From the NCBI GenBank assembly GCA_023334545.1, contig JAADVB010000165.1, forward strand, positions 1-43,197: 43,197 nt of DNA. The letters are read 5' to 3'. Below, piece after piece: positions 23,409-33,926 of the stretch. A program made the position numbers and the translations under genes. The stretch comes from Salisapilia sapeloensis CBS 127946 (taxonomy: Eukaryota > Protista > Oomycota). The stretch's first letter is position 1; each line of letters begins with the position of its first letter. The notes below the pieces were generated by a model. That model had not been told where the DNA came from, made no database searches, and was given only the letters and a program-made list of their open reading frames with translations.

Positions 23409-23903
23409 GGTTTGGAAGTGAAAGTACCGAACGAGAGAGGTTTCGGTCGTCGGCCGGCAAATGCTGCTTTGGTAGAGAAAACGGAGGGTGGTGCGAAAAA
23501 AAAGGAACAAGGGGGCGACGGAACCCACTTCTGTCGGAATTTTATCCAATGACGATCCGTCGGGAGGAAGAACTGGAGCTGGCGTGCCTCCGCTCAAGTC
23601 TTGCGTCGTGACTTTTCGGCAGGTTTCGAGGTGTCACCGAAACGTTCCGGCTATTTTGAAGGCCCCTGGGACAGGAGGTTTCAAAACCTCTCACGAACCA
23701 GGTCCGGAGACTGGATTTTTCTATGGGAAAGATTTTTTTGGATGCGCTCGCGACGGGACGATATTCCGAAATACGAGCTGCAGACAAAACCGCCTCCCGC
23801 CAGAAGCCGTCAAAACCCAAAAAGAAGGCGACGGACACAAGCGCTGCTCCAGACTCTCCCGAACCTCTTTGACCAAAAGCTCTTTGGTACATCACACACA
23901 CAC

Positions 23904-26900
23904 ATGTCTGCCGCCGACATCGTCGCGGGCATCGTCGGATGCATCGGTGGCTTGTCGCTCGCGCTAGGGGGGTGGTCCAGCCTCAGCCTTGGCGCGCGCT
24001 CCCTCTTTGTCGCGACGCAGTTTACCTCTGGATTTTCCATGTACGCTCTTCCGCACTTCACTGTATTCGAGTGTAACTGACTTTGTGCTATATAGGGGAT
24101 TCGCGGCATGCTACACAGCGATCCGATACCTTGCAGCTGACACGAACGAGTGGATTGCAATAGGCGCCGGTGCTGGAGCCGGTGCCGCGGTCTCGCTCCT
24201 CGTCGGCTTCCTCACGGCCATCGGACCATCCATCCTCATTCTCATCTCGGGAGCCATCATTGCCCCGTACATTCTTCTCTTCGACGCCCACGCCGGCGCC
24301 AAGCTCTATCCCGAAGACAATCAGCTCGCCCGTCAAGAGTTTGTCATTGCCTTTATCATCATCTTCTTCCTGGTCATGTGCTCTCGAAGCAAGACGAGTG
24401 AGATGGAGAACCACCGGATCAAGTACGTCATTCTCTCGTCAATCGTAGGCGGATGGATCTTAGCAGACGGTGTCACGCGCTTCATTGGCGACGACACACT
24501 CGCAAAGGTGCTTTACAAGTCCATGCAGGATGGAGGCCAAGTGGCCCTCGACTCTATGGACGCCTCTGTTCAGGTGCTCATGTTCTGCGTCTGGGCTGGT
24601 GTCTTTGTCGTCGGTCTCATGAACCAGTTTGCCATGCGCTGGGGCGTCGGATGCTACAACAAAGTCGGATCTCACAAGTCGATGGGTCAGATGGAAGACA
24701 CTATGCCAGAACTTCCGACAGGTGCTACGCTCGCTGCGCAGCAACAGAGCGAAAAAGTGCGTCTTGTGTGCGAGAACTGCTTTGCCACAGTGCCGACTGG
24801 AACTGCCTTCTGTACGGAGTGTGGTGAAGCGATGCCATCGGATGACCAGGACCCGAACATCTCTATCTCCCAGGCTCAGATGCCGTCGGTGTCTGTCAAC
24901 AGCAAGTCACAGGCACCTGACCGCTGGCAGCCGATTCCTCACCGCTCGTACGTGTCCACGACGTCGTTTGTCGACCCGAAGATGGCCAAGGAGTCGAGCA
25001 TGACCGATGGTCGCTCTATTCGTTTCATGGACGCTGGCGATGGTGACAAGTCGTACTCGCAGGCTCGTCCGAACTTTTACGAACCGTCCTTCCGTTCGTT
25101 TGCCATGAGCACGTACAGTATTGCTAACCGCGCTGCGGAACCGGTGGAGACACCGAACGTTCGCAAGTACAAGATGAGTGGCAGTGGTCTCTTCCATATT
25201 GTCTACGTCCTGTCTGGTATCTTGGGATTGTGGTGGCTCTTCAACCTGGTTCAGTTCTACCCGCAGGAAAGTTACTGTAGCCGTAACGCCCCCACTCTTC
25301 CTTGCTCGGAGCTGGAAGAGAGTGTTGCGAAGGACTGTTACTCTTCGAAGAAGAACTTTGACGCCAGCACAGACGAGGGATACTGTATCAAGGACACGCC
25401 GTGGGGTGTATGGATGATGTTCTTCATGTTCGTCTTCTCCGAGTTCCTCAATTTCTTCCTCGGTCTCCTCTTCAACTTCAGTATGTGGCGCCCCATCCGT
25501 CGTGGCGCTCGCTACATGAACGACTTCAAGCCGCCAATCCCGAAGGAGCAGTGGCCGAGCGTCGACATCTTCCTATGTCACTACATGGAACCTGTGGAAG
25601 ATAGCATGCGCACTCTCAAGAACTGTCTCTCAATGCAGTACCCACCGGAGCTCATCCACATCTTCATTCTAGATGATGGTTACACAAAGTCCGTCTGGGA
25701 CGCCAACAACCACTTCAAGGTTACGGTCAACACTAAAGTCATCGAGATCGCTGGTGACTTGCGCGGAGACCTCGCTCGTCTCATGCACGAACGCATCGTC
25801 GGCCCTGTCCAGGACGACGCTTCTCTCAAGGCATGGCGTCGTCAGCACTCTTCCGTACGCGAGCTGCGTAAGGAAGGAGGCAAGGGTGTGCAACGTCGTG
25901 ACTGTGCCGTCGGCTCTCTGTCCGATGATTACGATTACCGTGACCGTGGCATTCCGCGTGTAACGTTCATTGGGCGCATGAAGCCCGAGGTGCATCACTC
26001 CAAGGCCGGTAACATTAACAACTGTATGTTCAACGAAGGCGCTGACGGCAAGTACCTCGTCATTCTGGATAACGATATGAAGCCTCACCCCAAGTTCCTG
26101 CTCGCCGTGCTTCCGTTCTTCTTCTCGGAAGGCGAAGCCGTCGACGGCGGCGGACGCCAGTACTCTGATGACATTTCATGGAACCAAGTGTCGTACGTCC
26201 AGACGCCGCAGTACTTTGAAGACACACCGCAACTGACGATCATGGGCGATCCGTGTGGTCACAAGAATACGATTTTCTTCGATGCTGTGCAGTGTGGTCG
26301 TGATGGATTCGACTCGGCCGCCTTTGCCGGTACGAACGCCGTCTTCCGTCGCCAAGCCTTCGACTCGATTGGTGGTATCCAATACGGTACGCAGACGGAG
26401 GATGCCTACACTGGTAACATTTTGCACACGTCCGGATGGGACTCTGTCTACTTCCGCAAGGACTTTGAGGGAGAAGCCAAGGACCGCATCCGTCTCTGTG
26501 AAGGTGCCGTGCCCGAGACCGTGGCTGCGTCCATGGGCCAGCGTAAACGTTGGGCCAAGGGTGCCGTTCAGATTCTTCTGATGAAGAATGAGAGCGAGGT
26601 CGACCCGGACTGGCGCCCACCGCGCGTGCCTGCTCCGGACCCAAAGCCGCAGCTGGCGTTCGCACGTAAGATGTTCTACTACGATTCCGTCTTCTACCCC
26701 TTCGGTAGTATCCCGGCTATCTGCTACGTGGTCATCGCCGTGTACTATTTGTGCACTGGCTCTGCTCCAATTTACGCTGCTGGTACGCAGTTCATGTACT
26801 CGTTCTTGCCGGTCATGCTCATCCGATGGATGCTCAACTTGCTGGCCAACCGCGCCGTCGACAACAACGATGTGTGGCGTTCGCAGCAGACGTGGTTCTC

Positions 26901-27354
26901 GTACTCGTTTATCACGTTGCTGGCCATTGTGGAAGCCCTGCAGGCTCGTCTGTCTGGCAAGGACAAGAGTTGGGCGAACACTGGTGCCGGTCAGAAGACG
27001 AGTTGGACGGAAATCCCGAATGTGCTCATGTTCTTCACGCTGGCCATCTCGCAGGTTGTGGCTCTCGTCCGCTTCTTCCAGTACGAGAACGCGACGAACC
27101 CGTGGAACTACGTGTCTGCCATGTTCTTCGGTTTCTTCATTATGTCGCAGTTCTACCCGATGGTCAAGATGAGTATCAGCGAGTACTGTGGCTGGGACCA
27201 CACGGCCGCGACGTTCACGGCGAACATCTTTGGAAGTCTGATCTTGGTCTTCATCGTCGTCTTCGTCCAGCTGTGGCAAGTGTACTACGCCGAGAACTTG
27301 CGGGTGGCCCAGGGAGAAAGCACGCTGTCCGCCGTTAGCGCCACGTCGACGTAG
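23904..27354 (+). CDS. CesA3: Cellulose synthase, oomycete CesA3 type (GT2)
   Basis: Exon 1 is 23904-24040 (MSAADIVAG...GGWSSLSLGARSLF), intron 24041-24095. N-terminal TM block, CENC...CTEC zinc ribbon, and catalytic motifs DIFLCHY, KAGN, DND, QTP, TED and QRKRW. No PH domain, consistent with CesA3 as opposed to CesA1/2/4. Confidence 0.95.
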
Positions 27355-27653
27355 AGCACGTATCTACTGTAGTCTTTTGTGGTCTCGACTCGCGTAGGAC
27401 CGCGCTTTTCTTTTCTTTTTCCCTAGGTTTCTAGCTGTAGGCTCGGAATCGCCTTGAATCAGACACATTACACTCTTTTCGATTGTACTCAAGTTGATCT
27501 TCCTTCTTCGATTGTCTCAGGTGCCGTCGATCGGTCTGTCAAAGTAACGCATGCAGAGCACGTCACTGGGTGACTCCATGTCGGTAGAGCAGGGCGTACG
27601 TAACTCGACTCAGGAGTGCGGCTATTATTCTGATCACGATAGTCGTCGGTTGA

Positions 27654-27738
27654 TTGGCAGAGACGCCTAGGAAAATTAGACCAGTATCCGCGACTTTGGC
27701 AGGTGCGCCTGGGAAAAATTGGACCCGTATCCGCGACT
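27654..27738. repeat. Imperfect 42/43-bp tandem direct repeat (2 copies)
   Basis: ttggcagagacgcctaggaaaattagaccagtatccgcgact is followed directly by ttggcaggtgcgcctgggaaaaattggacccgtatccgcgact. Confidence 0.9.
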
Positions 27739-28045
27739 GACTCGATACACTCATCCAGCTGAAGAATCTTGAACTTCTACGCACCGGTGCACTCGCTCGG
27801 TCGCTACTGCCCATCCAGGCAGGAAAGTGAACAATCCGACCGTCGAGTGCCTTCACTCCACCCTCGTCCAGTCGTGACATTGAAAAGACACAATGGATTT
27901 CTACTACAGATAGATACATTCTACAGCCCAGATTTCCATATCTTCCTAGAAGTAGCTTTATCTAGGTGTCCATACGGTCGAGCTTAGAGAAAGTGAACTG
28001 GTCATTGCATTCGTCTTAGAAAATTAATCCGCAGCTATGCCTACT

Positions 28046-29545
28046 TTACACCTGAGATTGTAGTTGTGGTCTATTCAGGAACGTCGAGAGCTTTGGGAGG
28101 TTACTGGCGTGATGCTTGGGGCACATAAATCCCAATGGGCTATCACTGGCTTTCGGAGGCACGCACTGCGCATGGTACGATGTGGGGCACAGTCGGCAGT
28201 GCGCAAACTCGTCACTGCCTTTAGAGCCTTTGCACCCCACGCACTCGTGGCGAGGGCATTTGAATGGTTCGTCCTGCCTACGCTCCCCATCCAGAGTCGC
28301 ATCCAGCGGTAGCAATTTCCCGTTTGCAAAGCGTCGAGCCATAGGACTGTGATCGATACAGCTCTGATGGTAAAAGTGTCGGCATTCAGGCTCGGAGCAT
28401 TTGAACATGCCTCCTTCTTTATTAATTACGCCAACATCACCACAGATGAAACACTGCTGCTCATTATGTTTGCAGAGTATGCACTTCCAATGATGCTTGG
28501 AAGAGGCGTCTAGATTCAGACAGCCCAAGTGAGACCTAGCAGGGCAGCCACCAGCGCAAGAGATCATCTCCGTCTGCTGCCCATCCTCTAGTTTACCGCA
28601 CACAGCACAAAGATTCGTATAGTCACGCACGTATTGCTGCAAACTACGTGGGCTGGAGCTTTTCTTTACTTTCGTCTTGCTATCGTTGACATGACCGTCG
28701 CTACTTTTCCTCTTCTGACTAGCGTTGCGACCTGGGGAAGCTGCTTTCGAGGTTTCTGGTCTCGACCCATTCGACTTGTCACCCACTGCTTTCCCCCCTT
28801 TCGACTTTCCGTGCTTGTCCTGGTCGGCACTAATGACGGGGTTGATAGGCTCAATATCCGCTTCGCCACTTCCCTGTCGGAGTTTCTCTTGCTGCATATC
28901 GTAAATTCGCCACTTGCCTGGGACTTTCGACCCGCGTTTAGCGAGGCGAGTCAGTCTCTTTCGACTGAAGAACTCGTCTTCATCTGTACTCCAGCCTAAG
29001 TAGTGCACCGTAAGTCCGTCGGTGGACTCACCGGCGACGCGACCAGCGAGCCATGTCCGCGTGAGGACACAAAAGACGTCGACATCCTGCCCGACGGAGA
29101 ATGGAAAGCTGTTTTCGGCGGAGGATGCAGGCGTGACTGCAACTTCCGTTCGAGGAGGCTCAATCTGCTGACTCTCGGACTCGAGTGACTCAATCTGGCG
29201 ATCAATTTCTTCCTGCTGAGCACGCAATTTGGCAATTTGCTTATCAACTTCCTGTCGGCGAAGCTGCTTTAGTCGCTCTACTAGTTGCTTCTGAAGCTCG
29301 TCGTGCGTTTGCCAGCTGACAGTCGCTTTGGAGCCACGAGGGGCGAGGTGCTGCAAATTGGATATGCTGATGGTGGCGGTGCCCCGAAAGCTGGTCGCTA
29401 TATAATATATTCTAATGGACGTCTTAGTGGCAGTGATGATGCGAGCTGGAAGCCAGCTTTTCGTCGGGGCATGATAAGCGTCCACATCTTGATCGATGGC
29501 AAACGTTAGGTCCTCGAGAGCTCCATCGCTTCGGTCGCTGGCCAT
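28046..29545 (-). CDS. Chromatin reader: two chromo-barrel/Tudor-like repeats, a coiled coil and an NSD-like PHD finger cluster
   Basis: Two repeats of pattern D(Q)DVD..W..AR/GR....V/IHY and LA(P/K)RGSK. Cys/His fingers: CAVC..C...C..HxxC..CxxC, CFIC..CSEPECRHFYHQSC..CPRH, and CVGC..CRLCPTSYHAQC..CPKH. The 3' end may splice at CAG|GTGTAA (about 28051). Confidence 0.85.
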   Translation of the reverse strand: MASDRSDGALEDLTFAIDQDVDAYHAPTKSWLPARIITATKTSIRIYYIATSFRGTATISISNLQHLAPRGSKATVSWQTHDELQKQLVERLKQLRRQEVDKQIAKLRAQQEEIDRQIESLESESQQIEPPRTEVAVTPASSAENSFPFSVGQDVDVFCVLTRTWLAGRVAGESTDGLTVHYLGWSTDEDEFFSRKRLTRLAKRGSKVPGKWRIYDMQQEKLRQGSGEADIEPINPVISADQDKHGKSKGGKAVGDKSNGSRPETSKAASPGRNASQKRKSSDGHVNDSKTKVKKSSSPRSLQQYVRDYTNLCAVCGKLEDGQQTEMISCAGGCPARSHLGCLNLDASSKHHWKCILCKHNEQQCFICGDVGVINKEGGMFKCSEPECRHFYHQSCIDHSPMARRFANGKLLPLDATLDGERRQDEPFKCPRHECVGCKGSKGSDEFAHCRLCPTSYHAQCVPPKASDSPLGFMCPKHHASNLPKLSTFLNRPQLQSQV

Positions 29546-29801
29546 GGCACTGGCACGAGGTAGAAAGTAAAGTTGAAGGCCATTGTATGTCAGTTTAGCT
29601 TATACAACGATGCAGCTATAGCTTGGGTGGAAAATATAAAAAAGAGCTGTGAAAATAGACATGTTGGCAGGCCATTGGAAACATAGCTCCTACTTCTACT
29701 CTCCTTTTGCGACTTGTTACTCCATGACAATTTACAAACCGGAAGACAATTTAACGCCAAAGTTGGTAGCTCACTTTGGATGTGCATTATGCCTGTTCTA
29801 C

Positions 29802-31922
29802 CTACGGTCCCATCGGCGACAGAAGAGGCTCCATGGCTCGGGCCCACCGGTCGTCAGCGCGCACCCGTCCTTCAAAAATCCTCGGACCGATAAACTGACT
29901 CAGCTGCTTGACACAGTCCTGGGCTGCGGCTCTCGCTAGTCGGTGGGTGCCTTCAAGCGTAAAGACAAGCGGGTCCATGAAGATTTCCAGATACCTCTTG
30001 GCCTGCTGCTTGCCCAAGTTCTCAAACATCAGAGGCAGCTGCCTCCAGATCGTCTCTTGCAAAGTATTCGTCTGTGGAAAGTGGCGCAGAATGGCTACGT
30101 CGGCTACTTTCGAAAGGTACGAAAGAGCTTTCTGTGGCGAAACGCGGCACAGCTCTCGAACGAGGTAGATGGCTCCGTCCGTGCATTCCCACGGCTCCGG
30201 CTCAGTGTGTTCATGGAAACGCTCCACACCTTCCATAGGCGCTGGCGCGCAGCAGTCCACTGGCTTTTGCTTCCTCCGCTTCACTTCTGTCTCCTGTTGT
30301 TTCAACGCAGCATACTCTGATTCGGACATCTCGAGCTGCTCCTTTGCCTTGCCAAGGTAGTCGTCGCAAAGACAGTGTACTCGGTCTTGCAGTGTTTCAC
30401 TTGAAGAATAGGCCTCGAAGAGCCGAGCGATGGCCACGGCAGCGTCTTCCCGTAAGCTCCAGATCTCGTCTGACAGCTGATGGGTATATAGATGGAAGAG
30501 CTCATCCACGTACGAGATGCTTTCGTCCGGGAAGTTGAGTAGGATCTGGGACGACGACAGGCAGGCTGCGTCTCGAATGAGAGCCCCGACTTCATGCAAG
30601 CATGGAACAAGTGCTTCGAGCAGCGTCGGGACGTACGGTCGGACAGCGTCTTTCGGGATCTTGGTTGCGAGCTCTCCAATGCACTGGCAAGCGGACTCTC
30701 GGACGGCATGCTCGGTCATTTTGACATAGTAGCCAACGACGGAATCCATGTGCTTGGCCACCATGTCCGGACCTTGTTGACCCATGAGTTGGACCCACGT
30801 CTCTTGCGAGTGGCGACGAACACGCTCAGCGATAAAGTACCGGTTGAGGCAAAGGCGAGGTAGGAGCTCACTGTAGTAGTGTTCTTCACGAAAATCCTTA
30901 TCGAGCTTCATGAGGAACTTGGAGAGAGCGATAGCTGCTGCGTACCGGACCTGGCTCCAGTTGTCCTGCATGCCTCGGACGATGCACTTGTTCAGTTTAT
31001 CACTGATCGCTTGCTTGTGAGACTCTAAAAAGCTGGGAGGGCACAGATCGCACAAGACGGAGATGCAGTCAAAGCCAACGACTCGGACGTGGCGGTTAAT
31101 GTGGAAGCAGCTAGTCAGTGTCAGCAGTTCAAAGAGTTCCGGAGAGAGGTACTGAAAGTCGTTCAGGTCGGCACCAGACGTAGGTTGGCTGGTCGGATCG
31201 TTCTTGGCGACTAGAAAAGCTTGGCCACTGTCACGCATAATGAACTGTAGAGCCCGTAAACTACTTTCAAGAGCTTTCCACCCACTGACGTCGTCTAGCT
31301 TGTGAGGAGTCGTTGGCGTTTCCAAAGGAGCACCCATGGGCGATTCCATTCCATTGACGCTGATGTTATCGTCTTCGAAGGGGTCGATGCCAGTCTCGAC
31401 AAACTCGGGAGATCGCACGAGATTAGATTGAGCGCTGTCAATGGCCAACGGAGCCAAGTGCTCCATGACAAAGGACAGTTCGAGATGAGCAAGTGCACCC
31501 AGCAAGTTGGCGACAGCCATACGTAGACGCGGCTCGTAGTGCTCCAGGTACTTTTTGACGATTCCAGTGAGCGTGCTTTGGATAAAGTCGTTCGACAAAG
31601 ATACTTTGGAGGTGTTCGAGGAGCTAGTGATGTCTCTTTCAACCGCATCCTCAGACGTCTCTGGATACGCTTGAATGGTGTTTCTCGACTGCATCGACAA
31701 GACCATCTCGGTGCTAACGGCACAGACTACGGCGACGGCCTCCCATCGTGTATCACCAGCAGTCTGCAGTTCGTTCAGGTGCTGCTCCACGGCAGCTGTG
31801 TCGGGTGCCTCCGACTCTGTAAGTGCATGGAGTAGCGCTTCTGCCTTGGAGACGCACTCCTGTGGTACTTTGGGTCGAATGCGCAGCGTGCGTAGAGCTC
31901 CAGCAGCACTCGACAAGTCCAT
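29802..31922 (-). CDS. HEAT/ARM-repeat protein
   Basis: 706-aa intronless ORF with HEAT-like turns: EPRLRMAVANLLGAL, NRHVRVVGFDCI, WSQVRYAAAIAL, HAVRESACQCIGEL, WSLREDAAVAI. Confidence 0.85.
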   Translation of the reverse strand: MDLSSAAGALRTLRIRPKVPQECVSKAEALLHALTESEAPDTAAVEQHLNELQTAGDTRWEAVAVVCAVSTEMVLSMQSRNTIQAYPETSEDAVERDITSSSNTSKVSLSNDFIQSTLTGIVKKYLEHYEPRLRMAVANLLGALAHLELSFVMEHLAPLAIDSAQSNLVRSPEFVETGIDPFEDDNISVNGMESPMGAPLETPTTPHKLDDVSGWKALESSLRALQFIMRDSGQAFLVAKNDPTSQPTSGADLNDFQYLSPELFELLTLTSCFHINRHVRVVGFDCISVLCDLCPPSFLESHKQAISDKLNKCIVRGMQDNWSQVRYAAAIALSKFLMKLDKDFREEHYYSELLPRLCLNRYFIAERVRRHSQETWVQLMGQQGPDMVAKHMDSVVGYYVKMTEHAVRESACQCIGELATKIPKDAVRPYVPTLLEALVPCLHEVGALIRDAACLSSSQILLNFPDESISYVDELFHLYTHQLSDEIWSLREDAAVAIARLFEAYSSSETLQDRVHCLCDDYLGKAKEQLEMSESEYAALKQQETEVKRRKQKPVDCCAPAPMEGVERFHEHTEPEPWECTDGAIYLVRELCRVSPQKALSYLSKVADVAILRHFPQTNTLQETIWRQLPLMFENLGKQQAKRYLEIFMDPLVFTLEGTHRLARAAAQDCVKQLSQFIGPRIFEGRVRADDRWARAMEPLLSPMGP

Positions 31923-32035
31923 CTTGGGTCCTACAAGTACTTTTCTTGTCGTGCTGCTTGGATGCTGTTAAGACGTTCGTAACTTTAGCTGAAAGTTGTT
32001 GGAAAGACACGTATATCGACATCGAAACAACTGCG

Positions 32036-32269
32036 ATGGACTTCTTGTCGCCGTCACCCGGAATCAACTATAACTTTGTGGCTGGCGTCTATGGAGCCTT
32101 CTCTCTCCTCTTCGTGCTGCTCATGACGTTGCATTTCTTCGTGCCTGCCGTCGAGGGTTTCTACATCGTTGTAGCACCGTTCGTGCCGTGCTTTGTCTGG
32201 AGTTTGGTCGTACGGAGCAGGTGGCTGGCCTCCCATGCCACTGACGAAGCAAGCAAAAAGGAACAGTAG
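32036..32269 (+). CDS. Small (77 aa) two-TM membrane protein of unknown function
   Basis: MDFLSPSPGINYNFVAGVYGAFSLLFVLLMTLHFFVPAVEGFYIVVAPFVPCFVWSLVVRSRW...SKKEQ*. GC-rich coding-like codons; starts 113 bp from the divergent HEAT gene. Confidence 0.72.
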   Translation: MDFLSPSPGINYNFVAGVYGAFSLLFVLLMTLHFFVPAVEGFYIVVAPFVPCFVWSLVVRSRWLASHATDEASKKEQ

Positions 32270-33456
32270 CTTGGGTTTTGCATTTGGACGAGCTAGGATC
32301 TGGTGTAGAATGCCGGCTGAAGGAATATAGCTAAAGGTGTTGTCAAATGTTACACGTAGAAGCTACTTTGTCTTGTCAATGTTGTCGACACGAAGCGAAA
32401 TGACGAATGGAAATTGTATATGATATCACAGCGCATGGCGACGAATGGAATCGTAATATATAGAGCCATTCGAACAGGCCAAAAGCTAGAGAGGAGATTA
32501 TATAATGACTTCGAAACCGAGGACGAGAACCATACCGAGTGCACTTGAGAAGACAATACGGCAGTGTTTCTCTTTGCATTTTCTTCCAATTCAATCGAGT
32601 CAAAGCGTCTATACTTTTGCTTGATTGTACAAGAGCATATTTGAGCACAATTCCCTCTTTTGCATTTCAGGCACGAACTAGTCTATCATGCTCTTGCTCT
32701 TGAATCTAGATGGAAGCGAGAGGCACTAACGAACAAATCGCTTTGTTTTAACTCGAGAGCTCATCATGCTCTGCTTTCAAAAACGTACTTGTCGTCAATT
32801 GCATCAAATTAATGCAGCGTTAATCTTTTAAGACGGACCGAACTGTAAGTATGCAGTACAGGACAGTTTGGATTTCTGCTTTGCCCGCAAAGCGTTTAGA
32901 CATGATTCTTTATGAAGACTACTTTGATGGTGTGACACCAAACTTATCAGTGTTGAAGTAAATGGTGAAAATATAAATTTATGACTTCATCGCATCAAAG
33001 AGCAAGGACTTCAATAGATGGTTGTGCACTCAATACACCGTAATTACGTTCTATCACAGCATCGTGTGTAGCATCAGCTCAAACTAGCAACAAAAGAACC
33101 AGGAACACTGGAGTATCCCGGATAGCAAGTGCGGGAAAAGCATATCACTTCGGAAACTGGAACTTGATATGCGTAGGATCTTCTTGTGACTCCTACGCAG
33201 GTTACTAGTAATTTCATAATATTTCCTTTGCGAAGGATAATGCATTTTACGACATGCTCATCACTCTCCTACCAATACCTGCACGGTATTGCATGAGGAA
33301 GCCTAAAAGTCCTGGAAGAGAGATCCTACCGTATTGACATAAAAAGGCAAGTGAATAAAGTGGCGAGATGGGATTGATCAACAACATGATCTAATGGCTA
33401 CACAATGCATAAACGAATCATCGCAACGCCGCGATACCAGTTTTCAATGCTGTCGC

Positions 33457-33469
33457 ATTGGCCGATTGG
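33457..33469. promoter_or_regulatory. Tandem CCAAT boxes (ATTGG x2) upstream of the VPS13 gene
   Basis: gcATTGGccgATTGGcc lies about 460 bp before the ATG at 33927. Motif match only. Confidence 0.3.
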
Positions 33470-33926
33470 CCGTCAGTCTGGACACAGCACTGATCGTATT
33501 TGTATTTGACGAGTAACGCGTAGGAAACGATCGTACAAATGAGGAATTTTCAGAGCTTGCGATCATCCTGACTCTTCAGGCATACACGCGACGTTGGCAC
33601 CACTGGGTTGCTGCGAAGGATAAACTCGTTGCAGCGCATAGTCTCTCGACTTTATTTCCAAATACGTTCCTAGCGCATCCCTGCTGGCACCGCGTTTCCC
33701 CCGTTTAAAAGGCTATACATTTGCTGAGCCTATTTCGGTGGATCCAGGAGTAAATTCAACCGGACGATCCATACAAACTTTCATAGTAAACCTTGAAGAA
33801 CTGGCCGAGCGTAAAAATCCGAGCACGAACGGTTCGGAATCGAACTGATTTCCATTCAAGCTTTTGCCGCCCCCACAGCACGTCCGATCTCGAACGGCCA
33901 CTCGAAAGTAGTACCCACGGACAACC

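Noticed and set aside
23488-24080. Overlapping 119-159-aa ORFs between the membrane-protein gene and CesA3
   Set aside because: This is a promoter or UTR region plus CesA3 exon 1. The ORFs use alternative starts and lack coding features.
32350-32648. Two short minus-strand ORFs in AT-rich intergenic DNA
   Set aside because: They have non-ATG or weak starts, no motif and no consistent splice model.
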